A stretch of DNA of 64,000 bases from Eledone cirrhosa (taxonomy: Eukaryota), in NCBI GenBank assembly GCA_964016885.1, contig OZ024741.1:266538001-266602000 (forward strand), given 5' to 3'. A model generated the notes under the pieces. The model ran no database searches. It saw nothing but the letters and a program-made list of their open reading frames with translations, and was not told where the DNA came from. This document shows, one piece after another, positions 49,977-62,100 of this stretch. Each line of letters begins with the position of its first letter. The stretch's first letter is position 1. A program made the translations under genes and the position numbers.

Positions 49977-52900
49977 AATAGTTTGGTATTGAAGCATCAG
50001 GACAATTTCAGGTGGTTTGGTATAAAAAAAAAATCTAAATGGTTTTTACTCCTTATTTCAACTGTTTGTAAATTTTTTTAAATTTTACATTTGGTATGAA
50101 TCAATAACTTACTGAGATCTGAATTGGGTTTTTATCTTTCATTCACTTTTACAAACACTCTTTGCAATATTTGCATCTTCCTCTGCATCTCTTTTTGTGC
50201 ATCTTCTGCTGCATCGCCTCCTCCATCTTCTCCTGCATCTCTTCCTCTGTCTCCTGCTGTATTTTCTACTTTAATCATAGACATTGGAATGTTCTATTTG
50301 TTTCCTATTGTTTTATTGTATTTTTATATTTCCAAGTCTGTGACAATCAGAAATGCAGTAGTTTGCTATTGATTTCTCACTAAATTAGTTCTCTTCACTA
50401 TTTTGAAACTTGTTGAGTGAGAATGGGTGGTGAATTTGTGGAATTATTAGTGCATCAAATTTGTTCTGGTCTCTGTTTTGGCTTACCTCTCTCTGAGTTC
50501 AAATCCTGTCATGATCCACTTTACCTTTCAGCCTTTTGGGGTTGATAAAGTATCAGTCCAGTGGCATTGGATTAGAAGAATTATGAATGACACTTAGTGA
50601 TATCTGAATTTATTCTGAACATTTTGTATTCAAATCCTGCTCTCTTCTGTCAGGAGTTACAACTAGCAGATAATCTCAGTAATGTAAAGGCTAAAGGAAG
50701 CATCAGCTCCTTTTGTTTTTTTCCCTTTTTCTGAAGTACTGTCTAGTTTCACTTGTAAATGTTAGCAAAGAGTTAACGTCTTCATTCACGTGAATTTCAT
50801 TACAATGATGGACATTAAAATTGTTTTACTGATTTGATTCCAGTCAGTTGACTGTGACCATGTTGAGATGCCACCATCAAGGGATTCGGTTGATCATATT
50901 GATCGCAGTTCTATGGGGGTTTTTAAAAACCTGGTATCTATTTTATTGATTTCTGTTCAAGTATATAAACCAACAGTAAACATAGACATCAACATGCCAC
51001 CCCCTATATATGTCTGTGTGTGGTTGGCTGGCTTTTGCACAGTATCTGCCTGGCATTTTATTTAAAACCTAATAAACATAACCTATAAGTTAAAAAATAA
51101 AGGGAGGGCATCTGATCATAGAATTCTTCTTAGGAAGTCTTGTTTGACCCATGCCAGTGTGGAAATATGGGTATAAAACTGATAATGAAGATATTGGTAA
51201 ACTGAATTTAAACCTGTCACCTATGATTAGCTATAGTAGTGCCAAGTATTCTTTTCTCTTTATAGTTTATTATATTGATGTATCTTATGAGACCTTCAAA
51301 ATAACATACACAAATTAAGAGGATGCCTACATTTAAATGCAACCATGCACTCAAACTGCTGCCAAAACTTCTTAAATATTTTTTTTTGTTTTTTATCAAC
51401 CCTGATATAATTTCATCTCAAAGAAATTTTTACTCTTTAGTCCAAAGTTCTGCTATCCTAAATATATAACCCTCACATTGAGGTTAGTCTGTTTATGTTG
51501 AGTTACTGTATGAAAGGTTTTGCTTTATGTTTAGATGCTGGTAAGAACCCAAATGGAAATTATTTAGGAAAAAGTCTTATTTCACTACCTAGGAGCTTAA
51601 CCCTTTCATTACCATATTTGTGAGATACACTACCATACTTTTCAATTAATTTTGGGGAAAAAAAAATTTAGAGGATTTTAATAAAATGATTTTTGTTAGT
51701 AAGCTGGTGTTTGGAACAACTTAAAATATTTTGAGACTCTTTATGGCGGGCAATTTTTATTTAAATGTAAACATTTAAAAATACCTTGTACTTGTGGTGG
51801 CCTTCTCTTAGGATGGACTGAGCTGGCTCCAACTAATGCCTCTATAACAGGCTACCCATGTACTATGATTACAGATGACTGCTGCTACACTTCATTGTAG
51901 AGGTTAGCCATGCACTATGATCACAGATGACTGATATAGATTTTGTCAGCTTGTCATAATGCTAATGATGAATATGAAATGAAAAGGACCAAATATTTGC
52001 TTAAGATCTGACTTGATAATGCTAATCATCTTTAGCTGTCCACCTTACCGTTTGTCATTCTGGGAAGGGTTCTGGTGTGACTGCAAACAGTATGGTATTG
52101 TAAAATTGATGGCTGTCTCAAATGGCTTGGTATCAAAAGGATTAAGCTCATCAAATTGAAGCTGAGATCTTTAAAAAAAATTCTCCTCAAACAAATTATA
52201 TATATAAAATATTAATTATGGTAACATATATGTACTCACAAAATTCTTCTAGCAAGATCATACATACTATTTATTGATCACGCGTAAAATTTATTACAGA
52301 AGAGTGCCTATCGTAATCGATATAACTCTCCATTTTCAATAAGGTTTTATTTTCCATACTGGGAATGTGTTAGTAAGATATTAATGCTAACATTGGAATA
52401 GGGTTAGAAAGAATTCATATATGCACAAGACAGTAATAGAAAATAACATTTCGTGTCAGCTAATTCAGTTGTTTACTAATTAATGTAAGAAATTTTGGTC
52501 GATTCGATCCTTTTTGAGACCAAACTAATTGAAACCACCTTTACTTTTGTTACAAAAGTATTTATATTTATCTAAGAACCTTTAAATTGTGTTCTAAATG
52601 TCAGCTTAATAATGAGAAAATGAGTTATATATTACTAAATTCTTCCAAATTTGTGATTATTTTGAAAAATGAAAGGGTTATTTTCCAAACACCAGCTTAA
52701 TAATGAGAAAGTTATATTACTAAATCCTTCAAATGCTTTTTTAGAATAGAAAGTCATTTAGAAGTATGATAATGAAAGGGTTAATAAAGATTAACTGAAT
52801 GCTGATATATGAAACTGTATCTTTCAAAAGATATAATTTCTGACAGACTTAACTTTATAATTGAAAGAGAATTGTATAAAACATTTGGTAAATTACACAC

Positions 52901-53100
52901 AATTCTAATTAGTGGTGTACTCTATAATTAAATATGTAAGTGTAATTAAATATCTAATTGTAATTATGTCAGTAACTTGAACCAAGGGTAAAAGTGTTGC
53001 TGTTGCTAATTTTTGTTACAATGTCAGTTTTGACTGGAGTTTAAGATCTAGACTTAAACCTCTCATAACCATATTTATGAGGGAATATTTTAAATTTAAA

Positions 53101-53440
53101 GGTGGCGAATTGACAGAGTTGTTACAAAGTTAAACCGGATGCTTTGCAGCAAACATTTCTGCTTTCTGAGTTGAAATCCCGCCGAGGTCGATAAAAAAAA
53201 CAGCACCAGTCAAGTACTGGAGTCTATTCTTCCTCTTGATCTTTCTCATTTCCATTCTCTCACTCTCTATATCTCTTTCTCACTTCCATTCTCTCTATTC
53301 TCTGGAAGAAATCTGCTCTGTTCAAACCTGGAGAGGGATGGGCTCCGCCAGGTTTAAAAATAAATGCCCTAGAAACGCAGCATGTTAATATGGTGCCCCT
53401 ATGACTCCCCCAGGAATTGCAGGACCATGCATGCCATGCA
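53101..53440 (+). mobile_element. SINE family D, near full length
   Basis: GGTGGCGAATTG head, GAGTTGAAATCCCGCCGAGGTCGATAAA, tail TGCCCTAGAAA...GGACCATGCATGC. Further fragments at about 18290-18600, 22170-22265, 38325-38555, 58840-58945. Confidence 0.85.
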
Positions 53441-53621
53441 TTTTAAATTCAACTGTGAACATTCTTAAATGAATGAGTTTGTATTATAGAAACAGGCTGC
53501 TTTGGTTATCAAAATTGCTAAAGATTTGTTTGGATTTAGTTAATTTGTTTGTTTGTTAAATGTTTAGGAGAAACATTTAGCTAAGATTTTTAAATAGCCA
53601 CTTAAGCTTAATGATATTATT

Positions 53622-54126
53622 TTAACCCTTGTGGCACCAAAACCACTTGAAGCTGACCCTGATTCTATCAATTAGAGCTGTTCATTTTAAAGTTTTATAA
53701 TTATCTAAATTTCATTTTATCATTTTACATCCGCTTTTCCCTGCTTGCAAGGGTAGGACATTTTTTTTTTTGGTTGTTCCTATATATGTGTTGCTGTGCT
53801 CATAATTATTTTGGAATTGATAAATATCTTCATAATTTTATAGTTTTATATAAGAACCAGTTTAACCCTTTAATGTTCAAACCGGCCAGAATTCTCTACC
53901 TCTTTTTGTTGAAACTGGCTGTGACTGGTCGCTCAAACTGATGTTAAGGTATTGTTCTCAAAATAAATACTTTCAAAATCTCATAGATTCGATATTATGA
54001 GATAATTATGCAAGGTAAAGCCTTTACCATGAAAATATAATAGTATATATAGAGTAATGTGAATGCTAAAGGGTTAATAATGATAAGCAATATATTTCAT
54101 TAGAAATATGGTAATGAAAGGTTTAA
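53622..54126 (-). mobile_element. Family C MITE carrying a nested family F MITE
   Basis: TTAACCCTT left, ATATGGTAATGAAAGGTTTAA right. Confidence 0.8.
53862..54077 (-). mobile_element. piggyBac-type MITE family F
   Basis: TTAACCCTTTAATGTTCA ... TGAATGCTAAAGGGTTAA; colinear with 27396-27595. Confidence 0.9.
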
Positions 54127-54516
54127 AGTGTTTATATTTATTTTAAAATATTGCACCATAGATTATATAAGAAACTTCAACACCAGCTTAGGAAGTTAGC
54201 TATATTATTAAATCCCTCCAAATTCTTGACTATTTAAAAAAAATTAATTAAAAGTCATAGGTAGTGTTATTCATTAATAAAAATATGGTAACAAAAAGAG
54301 TTAATGACTGTTATTGTCCCCGTCCCTCCTTTCACATAGTAAAACCTGTTGGATATTATAGATATTTTAGCTGTAGTCACTGACCTGTCTGTTCTTGAAT
54401 GTCACACACATAAACATGCACACAAGCACACACACACTAAAGCTTTTCACTATTAGCAGCAGAGATGACTAATATTACTGCAGTTGGTAGTGGAAGCATT
54501 TTTCATTGTGCACTCA

Positions 54517-54530
54517 GTTGCCATGGTAAT
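54517..54530. promoter_or_regulatory. RFX X-box-like element in a candidate alternative promoter
   Basis: GTTGCCATGGTAAT is one mismatch from the X-box GTTGCCATGGTAAC; lies in a TE-free stretch (about 54310-54740) with some CpGs, 3.9 kb upstream of exon 58393. Confidence 0.5.
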
Positions 54531-55049
54531 CACTGAGTAGCAGGGGCAAGCCTACTACTACTACCACCGATGCTACTACTACAAAAATTGATGTTACTCA
54601 ATTGATTTTGTCTGTCTGTAATGGCTGGCTGATTTCTTCGACAACTCGTTCTGCTGCACTCAAGCCTCTCTTGTGTTTTCGACTTCTGTCATTTTTCTGA
54701 AGAGTCTAGTAAATATGTCGGCATGAATCATCCATCAGTGTCCAAAGCTCTGTGTGTGTGTTGGTAGTGGTTGTGTGTGCATTACAGGGAACAGCTTATT
54801 TAATCTTTGAGTGTATGTGTGTGCATTGCAGGGAACAGCCGATTTCATGTGTGTGCACACGCATGCATTGCTGGGAACAGCCTTTTTCATTTTACTTCAA
54901 CCTTCCAACCTCCTCTTTCTCTTAACTTTACTCCTGATGATGGACCAACGTCCAATACGTTAAAACTTTCCTTTTCCAACAACCAGGAAACTAAAATTTT
55001 GTATCTGTGTTTGTCTTTTTTAATCTTGAACTATGTATACACCATAAAA

Positions 55050-55322
55050 CTTCCAGCCCACACTGTAAAGTGGTCGTGTTGTTGTCATGACAAAATAATG
55101 AACAGTCCACTCTGTAAGGTGTTGTTTTGGTGTTGCGATAAAAATCACCCGAACTACACTGTAAATGTGGTTGGCATTAGGAAGGGCGTTAGCCATAGCA
55201 ACCAAGCCAGAAGCAGTTCTGTGTGAGCAAGACACAGTCATCTGACCTGACTTGTCTCGCAATGGGACAACTCATTTAACCTATGTTAGCATGGGCAAAT
55301 GGACATTAAACAGTGATGATGA
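55050..55322 (+). mobile_element. RTE 3'UTR-derived element (family E: truncated LINE or partner SINE)
   Basis: GTGGTTGGCATTAGGAAGGGC...GGACATTAAACAGTGATGATGA, same modules as the 3'UTR of 22762-23355. Other copies at about 362-506(-), 16360-16705(+), 20220-20475(+), 29445-29620(-), 29860-30095(-), 41042-41182(+), 44945-45190(-). Confidence 0.8.
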
Positions 55323-57819
55323 GTGTGTGTGTGTACTATAGTGCTGTCAATTTCTAATTTAGGCACACATATGTACACACACACACACTGCAGTAATATT
55401 GTGAAGGAGTAGTAGTAGTAAATCACTATCTGCATCAATCCAGTCCAGCAATATATTTAATTTATGCTTGTTTCATTGTTGTTTCTTTCCATTCTATTTA
55501 TATACACACTGGATGTTGTATGAATAATCCTCCTCTAGCTCCCGTTCCTGAAAAAACTCTGTAATATTGGCACAAACTGTTGTACTACTTTATTGTTGAC
55601 TTCACTTAGTTTCATCTCAAACATTCTGACACAACAACAAGCAATTTATTTTTTGCAGGCCATTTTTTTCCGTTGCCAAAGCAGGGGTTAGTTTAGTGTG
55701 TGTGTAGGGAGTGAGGACATGAATTATATGTGGATGTGGAGGAGGATATGCAGTATGAGTGGAGGTGGAGGGGAGGACATGGTGTGTGTGGTGGAGGGGA
55801 GGACATTGTGTGTGTGGTAGGAGGGAGGACATGAGAATCTTCTCTATTTTACCCTCTCCCATGCATCCTCCACACACACCAACTCTTTCTCCTGGTTTTC
55901 TCCATCATTAGCCATATCTTTCACACACATCATTTCTAGTTTAAAATATTCTGTCTATGAGAATGTAGTTCTTTTCTTCTTATTTACTCTTCCAGTACTT
56001 TATTTTATTCAGTTGCCAAATATTCTCTATATTATATAATCTGTTCCATATATCCTGCATCATTCTATTTTCTCCTCTCTTTACTCAGTGCTGTTATGTC
56101 AGCCAGACTATATATATATATAATTTCTACATTATTCTCCAGCATTGATTCCTTCCCTTAGTTTTTACACCACATTCCAATTTGTTGCATTGGATGGTGG
56201 TGATGGTGATGGTGGTTTCTGACAGCCGGACTTAGTTTCTCACACCACATTCCTTCCTATTTGGGGGTCAATATTGTGCTTCATTCTTTCGGGAGTTAGG
56301 TAAATACAATCCCAGCCCTGGGGGCAGTGAATGGGGGGAATTGTTAAATGAGCTAGTCCTGGGTGAGGAGTAGTGAATGGAGGGGTTAAATGTTCTAGTC
56401 CTAGTGGTTGGGGTGGAATTAAGTGTTGGATAAGTTGCCTTGCAGTATTTGTATTGGCTCCAAGCCTTTAGTTGAAATTCCCACTCTTACCCCATGACAT
56501 TTCTTCCAGGAGTTGGAATAACTGACATAGTATCAGCAATGGAAACAGGCTTCCATTGGTCTTATCTGGTAAATCAGATCTACCCACCCACCCCTTCTTT
56601 GTAAATATCACAACTACCACCTGCTCTACTGCCATCATTATCATTATCATCATCATCATCATTTAATGTCTGTCTGTTTTCCAAGCTAGGAAGTGTTGAG
56701 TAGATTTATTTTGTCACAAAGTACTATAAAGGGAGATATACATGGCACCTGATGACAAATGGAGACCTTAAATTGTTGAAAATGCTTTACAGATGAAAAT
56801 TCTTTTCATCATCATTACATATAACTCATTATTTTACATCCTTTTTTTCCATGTCGGCATGGGTAGGATGGGTTGTCACAATTTTCATTGACAAAACAAG
56901 CTGGATAACCACATATTGTTTGTATTTAGGTATGGTTTATATGGCTGGTTGCCCATTTTATAGGAATGTACTTGGTACATTTTATCATTGCCACCAGCAA
57001 TAGAAAGTTTGTCAAGTCTGCAACGAGACCAAACAGTCCTCTTTACCCTGTGTTGTCTAGGTTTGTTCATCTGCTACTTTACTAGAGGTACTACTTAATC
57101 ATTTAAAAGATTCAGTATTATATCTGGTGATGGTGGTGGTTATGATGATGAATATCACTGAAATTGCAAAGTATTTTAGATAATTTAACCTGGATATTTC
57201 CAAAATGTAGTTTTTAGAAGTGGTCAGCATCAGATATTAATATTAAACTTAAAATTGGTGACTTGGGTCAAGAGAAAATCCCTGTGCCTTCCCCATCAAA
57301 CAATCTATATTATTCCAACAAGATTCACTGAAAAGATGTGCTTGCTTGTTGGCTGGCCATTGATTTGAAGTCATTATCACGCTCCATCAAATATATCAAG
57401 CACACCTGATGAACATACTGATCTAATACTGACAGATATGAAGACAAAGCAGTCATGGATGAAAGGACCCCATAGTTACTGTTGGGTTACCATCACTGAA
57501 AGATACTGGAAGCAGATTATAGTTTTGCCTATCCTTAGTCCATAGCATATTGTTTCATATTTTATGCAGGGACTCCATGTTGTTCTGATGTATATCTCTG
57601 TATAATAAATTTAACACTTTGTGAGTCATATTGTGTCTGTGTACACAGATCAGCCAAAGTATGTATAGGATATATTGATTAGAAAATAATGTTTGGAGCT
57701 GGTAATAGTTTTCCAGACTAGTTCATTAAATTGTCATTGATTATTTGTTCATTAATGTATAGCTGTCTCAGAGAAATATTACATTTCACCTTTTATAACT
57801 ATACCACATTATTTTGTAA

Positions 57820-57908
57820 ACTTTGCCTTTCATCCTTACGGGGTCGATAAAATAAAGTACCAGTAATGCACTGGGATAATTGCTGGCCTTGTGCCAAAAG
57901 TAGAAACA
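57820..57908 (+). mobile_element. SINE family A, 5'-truncated
   Basis: 12-bp TSD ATTATTTTGTAA (57808-57819 / 57909-57920). Confidence 0.9.
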
Positions 57909-58492
57909 ATTATTTTGTAATGTTGGGGGTTAAAAATATCCCTCCTTCTCCCCTCTTTCATTTATTCCTCCTTTCAAACATTCTATTTTGTTTAACTCAT
58001 TGTTTACATATTTTCATTTGAAGTTAAAGTATTTCATTTTTTGCTCATAACCCGTGACACTGGCTTAGTTAACCACTTTCTTGGTGTTGGTTAGGAGTTA
58101 AATGAAAGTACTCCAAAAGAAAAGTTTTAGTAAATCCCTCCAAGTTCTACAGTGTATTAGATTATAAATATGGTCATGAAAGAGTTAACAATTTGAAAAA
58201 TAAACTAAGCCTCTGGTTTAAATAACATTTTTTTTAATGGGTACCCCCCCCCCCCCCCCCCCACATACACACATCCCCCACCACACACACACTGTCTCAG
58301 TAATCATGGCTCCAGATTCTTTAAATATAACTTTTATTTCTGATTGTATTTAATTGCTGTGTACTTTAGTATTTTGTTTCTTGTTGACACAGAATCTGTT
58401 GAGGATTGGAAAATAGTTTTAACCTTTGACCCTTTGGTGCATTTAACATTTAGCTTGAACCAGTTCAGTTGTATTTGTGGTGTGGTTGCTTC

Positions 58493-58535
58493 ATGGGCCT
58501 AGCAGACAGAATGGTGAATATGTTTACTCTGGATG
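58493..58535 (+). CDS. Alternative first coding segment 1, MGLADRMVNMFTLD+1 nt (exon 58393-58535, phase 1)
   Basis: Acceptor ...ttttgtttcttgttgacacag| at 58392; in-frame TAG at 58451-58453; ATG 58493 and a second in-frame ATG 58511 in strong context (agaATGG); donor ATG|GTAAGG at 58536. Confidence 0.5.
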
Positions 58536-58566
58536 GTAAGGAAGATGTGCTGAGTCATTCCAACTC

Positions 58567-58609
58567 ATGGGACTTGTTCTGACAAATGGCAATCTTCATC
58601 ATAATCATA
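58567..58609 (+). CDS. Alternative first coding segment 2, MGLVLTNGNLHHNH+1 nt (exon 58393-58609, phase 1)
   Basis: ATG 58567, 14 codons + 1 nt, consensus donor A|GTAAGT at 58610-58615; MGxxxT fits the N-myristoylation consensus. Confidence 0.45.
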
Positions 58610-59143
58610 GTAAGTAGGGAATAGGTTCAAGGACCCATGAAGCCAGATGTTCCCACATCATAAAGTTATGATGGATGGTATTTAGATTTAAACACTTTAA
58701 GATAGTTTTGTATCGTAGAAACAGACATTTTCAGCCAGTTTGGTATTGAAAGGTTTAATGCATTTTGTAGCACTTTTCTTTAGCAGTCTCTCAGATTTAG
58801 GTTTTTTAGTTAATTTTGAAACGATATAATGATTAAGCTTGGAGAGGAGATGGATTCCACCAGGTTTTAAATACCTAAAATGCTGTATGTCATTACAAGG
58901 TCCCTACAACTCCATCAGGAGTTACTGGTCCATTTATACATAACAATTAAGATGATTCAGAAAGCTTCTATTAATCTTTATTGATTGAAAAGATAGCATT
59001 TCTTTTAGGATTACTATTTTTTAAATTTTAATCTAATTCTTGTTAATCCCACTTTGTTTTAAATGGTTGTTAGGTTTTTCATTAGTGTATTATGTATGAT
59101 AGTTCTCATAAGAGCTAATACAATAATAGAATGTTTTTTTTTT

Positions 59144-59176
<33 letters not shown>

Positions 59177-62100
59177 CATGGATTTATGCTCCATAATTGC
59201 AACCTAGGTAAATAAAGGTGGTGGTGGTGTGCCAAAGCATCCTTGAGATGTAGAAGTCTCTAGCAAGAGTAATGGTGAGAGACAGGAAATTGAATGACAT
59301 AGTAAGAAACAGGCTGGGAGCCAATATTATGATTATACAACTCATTCAGAAGTGCTGACTCCATTGGTTTGACCACATCAATCACCAACCAGAGACAGCT
59401 ATTGTCTGTTGGGTAGTCAAAGGTGATTTCTGACAACTGTTTTAAGGTCATTTTCCCTGTTAAAGCAAGAGTTAGCTTTTCAGGTCTCATGACTAACTTC
59501 ATACTCATTATGGGGTCCTTTTTGAGGCAATGTTTTGTGGCTGGATACTCTTCCTGATACCAACCTCTTTAGTAAGTCACTTCTCACAGCATGTAGGGAT
59601 ACAGTGTACCCACAAGGCCCAAGTAAAAGGGGTAGACCACCAAAGAGATGGCAAGAGGACTTAAAGTTGCTGCTTTTGACATGTGAATGACTTTTGCTGA
59701 ATCAAGTCCAGATTTATAATATTGGCCAGCAAAGAAGCTGAATCATCATTATCGTTATTGATAGTAAAGATATGGACTGGTATTAATTGTTCTCTTTAAC
59801 TCTTTTGAAGCCAAATTTCCTGAAACTGCTGTTGGTTCTATGATATTGAAGCATTTATTTGAAAATGTTTGTATTTATCAAAAATTTGTCCTCATAATTT
59901 TATCTCTGGACCTCTGTTCTCAACACCAAATTGTTATATTACTAAATCCCTTCAAATTCTCGATTATTTTCAAAATTGAACATCATACGTAGTGTAGTAA
60001 TGGCAGGATTAAGATGACATTTGTAACGTAACTTAAAATATACTTATATAAAATTGTTGGAATATTTAAATTTAAATTAAATCCCTTTAAAATGAAAAAA
60101 ATTGTAAGGTTGTGGGTTCAATTCCTAGGTTAAGACACTTTATTTTCATATTGTCTTTCATGGTAACATTGGGGCTTCTGTTAAAAGACCAGAGAAACCT
60201 AGGTGATGCAACCTTCTAGGCAGCCAGTTAAATCTGCATAGGTGTGAGCTGTAAATTTCATTTCATTTTCCTATTAAAATAGGTAGTTTTATTTCCTAAA
60301 ACACAGGCTATATTGGGTAGTTTGGAGTGAAATGGGTTAATGCTGTATTAATGAGCCAGCATTCTCTAATGGAACATTAAAGGTTACAATGTTTAAACAC
60401 ACATGAAAACATAATGAAGTCTTAAAGAAAACACTTGATAGCTGATTCACTACACAACTATATACAAATACTTCTTAATGGGGGGAAACTTATGTTGCTT
60501 TTCTAGATTAGAAATCTTGTTTTATATTGACTTAATCTTACAAATAACCTTAATAAATAAATGAATTATTTAATAATTAAATCTTAATCTGTTAGACAGC
60601 AATATTATACTACTATTGCTAATGAATTTCTTTCTTTCAAATCAAGTCTTTGTATTTTTTCTTTTAATGACATACTTGATATGTTATAAAGCATGAATTT
60701 AATTACTTTGATTGTTGCTGTTGTCACTGCCTCTGCCTCTCTGATTTTCCAAGTTGGTATAGGTTGAATTGGTTGTTATGAACCAACTCAGTACTTAATT
60801 GGAGCTACTGTCCTCTTGGAACTATCAGGGCTCACTTCTCATTCATGGATTCTACAGCTAGATGGCCTTCTTAATGCCAACTACCTTACAGAGTGTTTTA
60901 TTGAGGCTGTCATGTCCTAGATGTAGCTGAAGAACCATCTACATACATGATGGCTTCCTATACAGCTTCTGTCTACTTTATGTCACTGAAAATGTTTTGG
61001 TTATATGATTAGAGGGCACTCATCTACAGTACCTATCTGGTTATAAAGTAAAGTTCGTAACCTTCTAATAATGTCATAAGGATACCATATTTGATGGCAT
61101 ATGAGTTATGGACATATTACAGCCATGGACACATTCCAATAAGGAATATATTATTTTTAAATTGAATAATTACTAGTCAATATTTAATGTTACATGTAGC
61201 TCAATTTTACATAAGACTTGAAATATTTAAAAATTTATTTTGATTTTAAAATTGTGCCACTAAATATGGTTATTATAAACTTCATCTTTATTACATCACA
61301 ACCGCAATAAAAACCACTGATGTTATGCTGGAGTTGCACATGAAATTTCTTTATATGTATATATAAAGGTGGTACATATATTTTAGTTGGTGAAATATTT
61401 AGATTTATAAGTTTAACACTTTTGGCATGAAACTGTCAGAAACTGCCCCCTCCTCTTCCTGGTTCTAATGATACAAAACTGTTTATTATAAAAGTGGTAC
61501 ATGTAGTTGGTGAAATGTTTGGATTTATAAGTTTTAACACTTTCGGTAATAAACTACCAGAAACTGTCCGCCCACCCCTCCATCTGCTCTAATGATTCAA
61601 AATTGTTTATTTTAAAGGAATATTTATCCAGAAGATCTTGTATCATGATTTTATGTAAGGACCTTTTAAATTATTTTCAGAATACTATCTTAATAATTTC
61701 ATTCTGGTTTAAATGTTTGCAACATGCTTGATTGCTCCAGAATAAAAGGTTTATTAAAAACATGAACTGTCTCATGTCTTTGGTAATTCAGAAGCTGTGC
61801 TTTTAATATTATGTTAATTGATTTACATACTAAATATTTAAGGGTTTGTCTTTATATTTAAGTATTGTTAGTATTATTTTTCCATCAAAAGTCCTACATT
61901 AATAATTTTATGTATGCATCATAATGACGAGAAAGTTAGATTAGTAAATCTCTCAAAATTACTTGAAAATCATTGACAGTGTTTTTCATTAGAAATATGG
62001 TAATGGAAAGGTTAAGGCATTATATTCTACATACTTTAGATTTCCTAGTTTACGCATGGAAGCCTCTAGTGCTTCTGTATACACCGAGTGACATGAAAAT

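Larger units (their letters stand above)
12050..58609 (+). other. 5' region of a large intron-rich protein-coding gene with alternative promoters and first coding exons (identity unknown, continues beyond the window)
   Basis: Seen: strong + strand splice donors/acceptors around short ATG-initiated phase-1 exons (34508-34598; 58393-58535/58609), CpG-retaining promoter-like zone at 12.9-13.5 kb, long T runs on the + strand. Inference: these belong to one transcription unit. Confidence 0.55.

Noticed and set aside
50165-50260. TGCATCT-rich tract with short ORFs on both strands
   Set aside because: Low-complexity degenerate repeat with no splice support.
55680-55830. G-rich degenerate tandem repeat (GGAGGACAT...GTGTGG), possible G-quadruplex
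   Set aside because: Mostly GG/GGA runs with long loops; ordinary decayed minisatellite.
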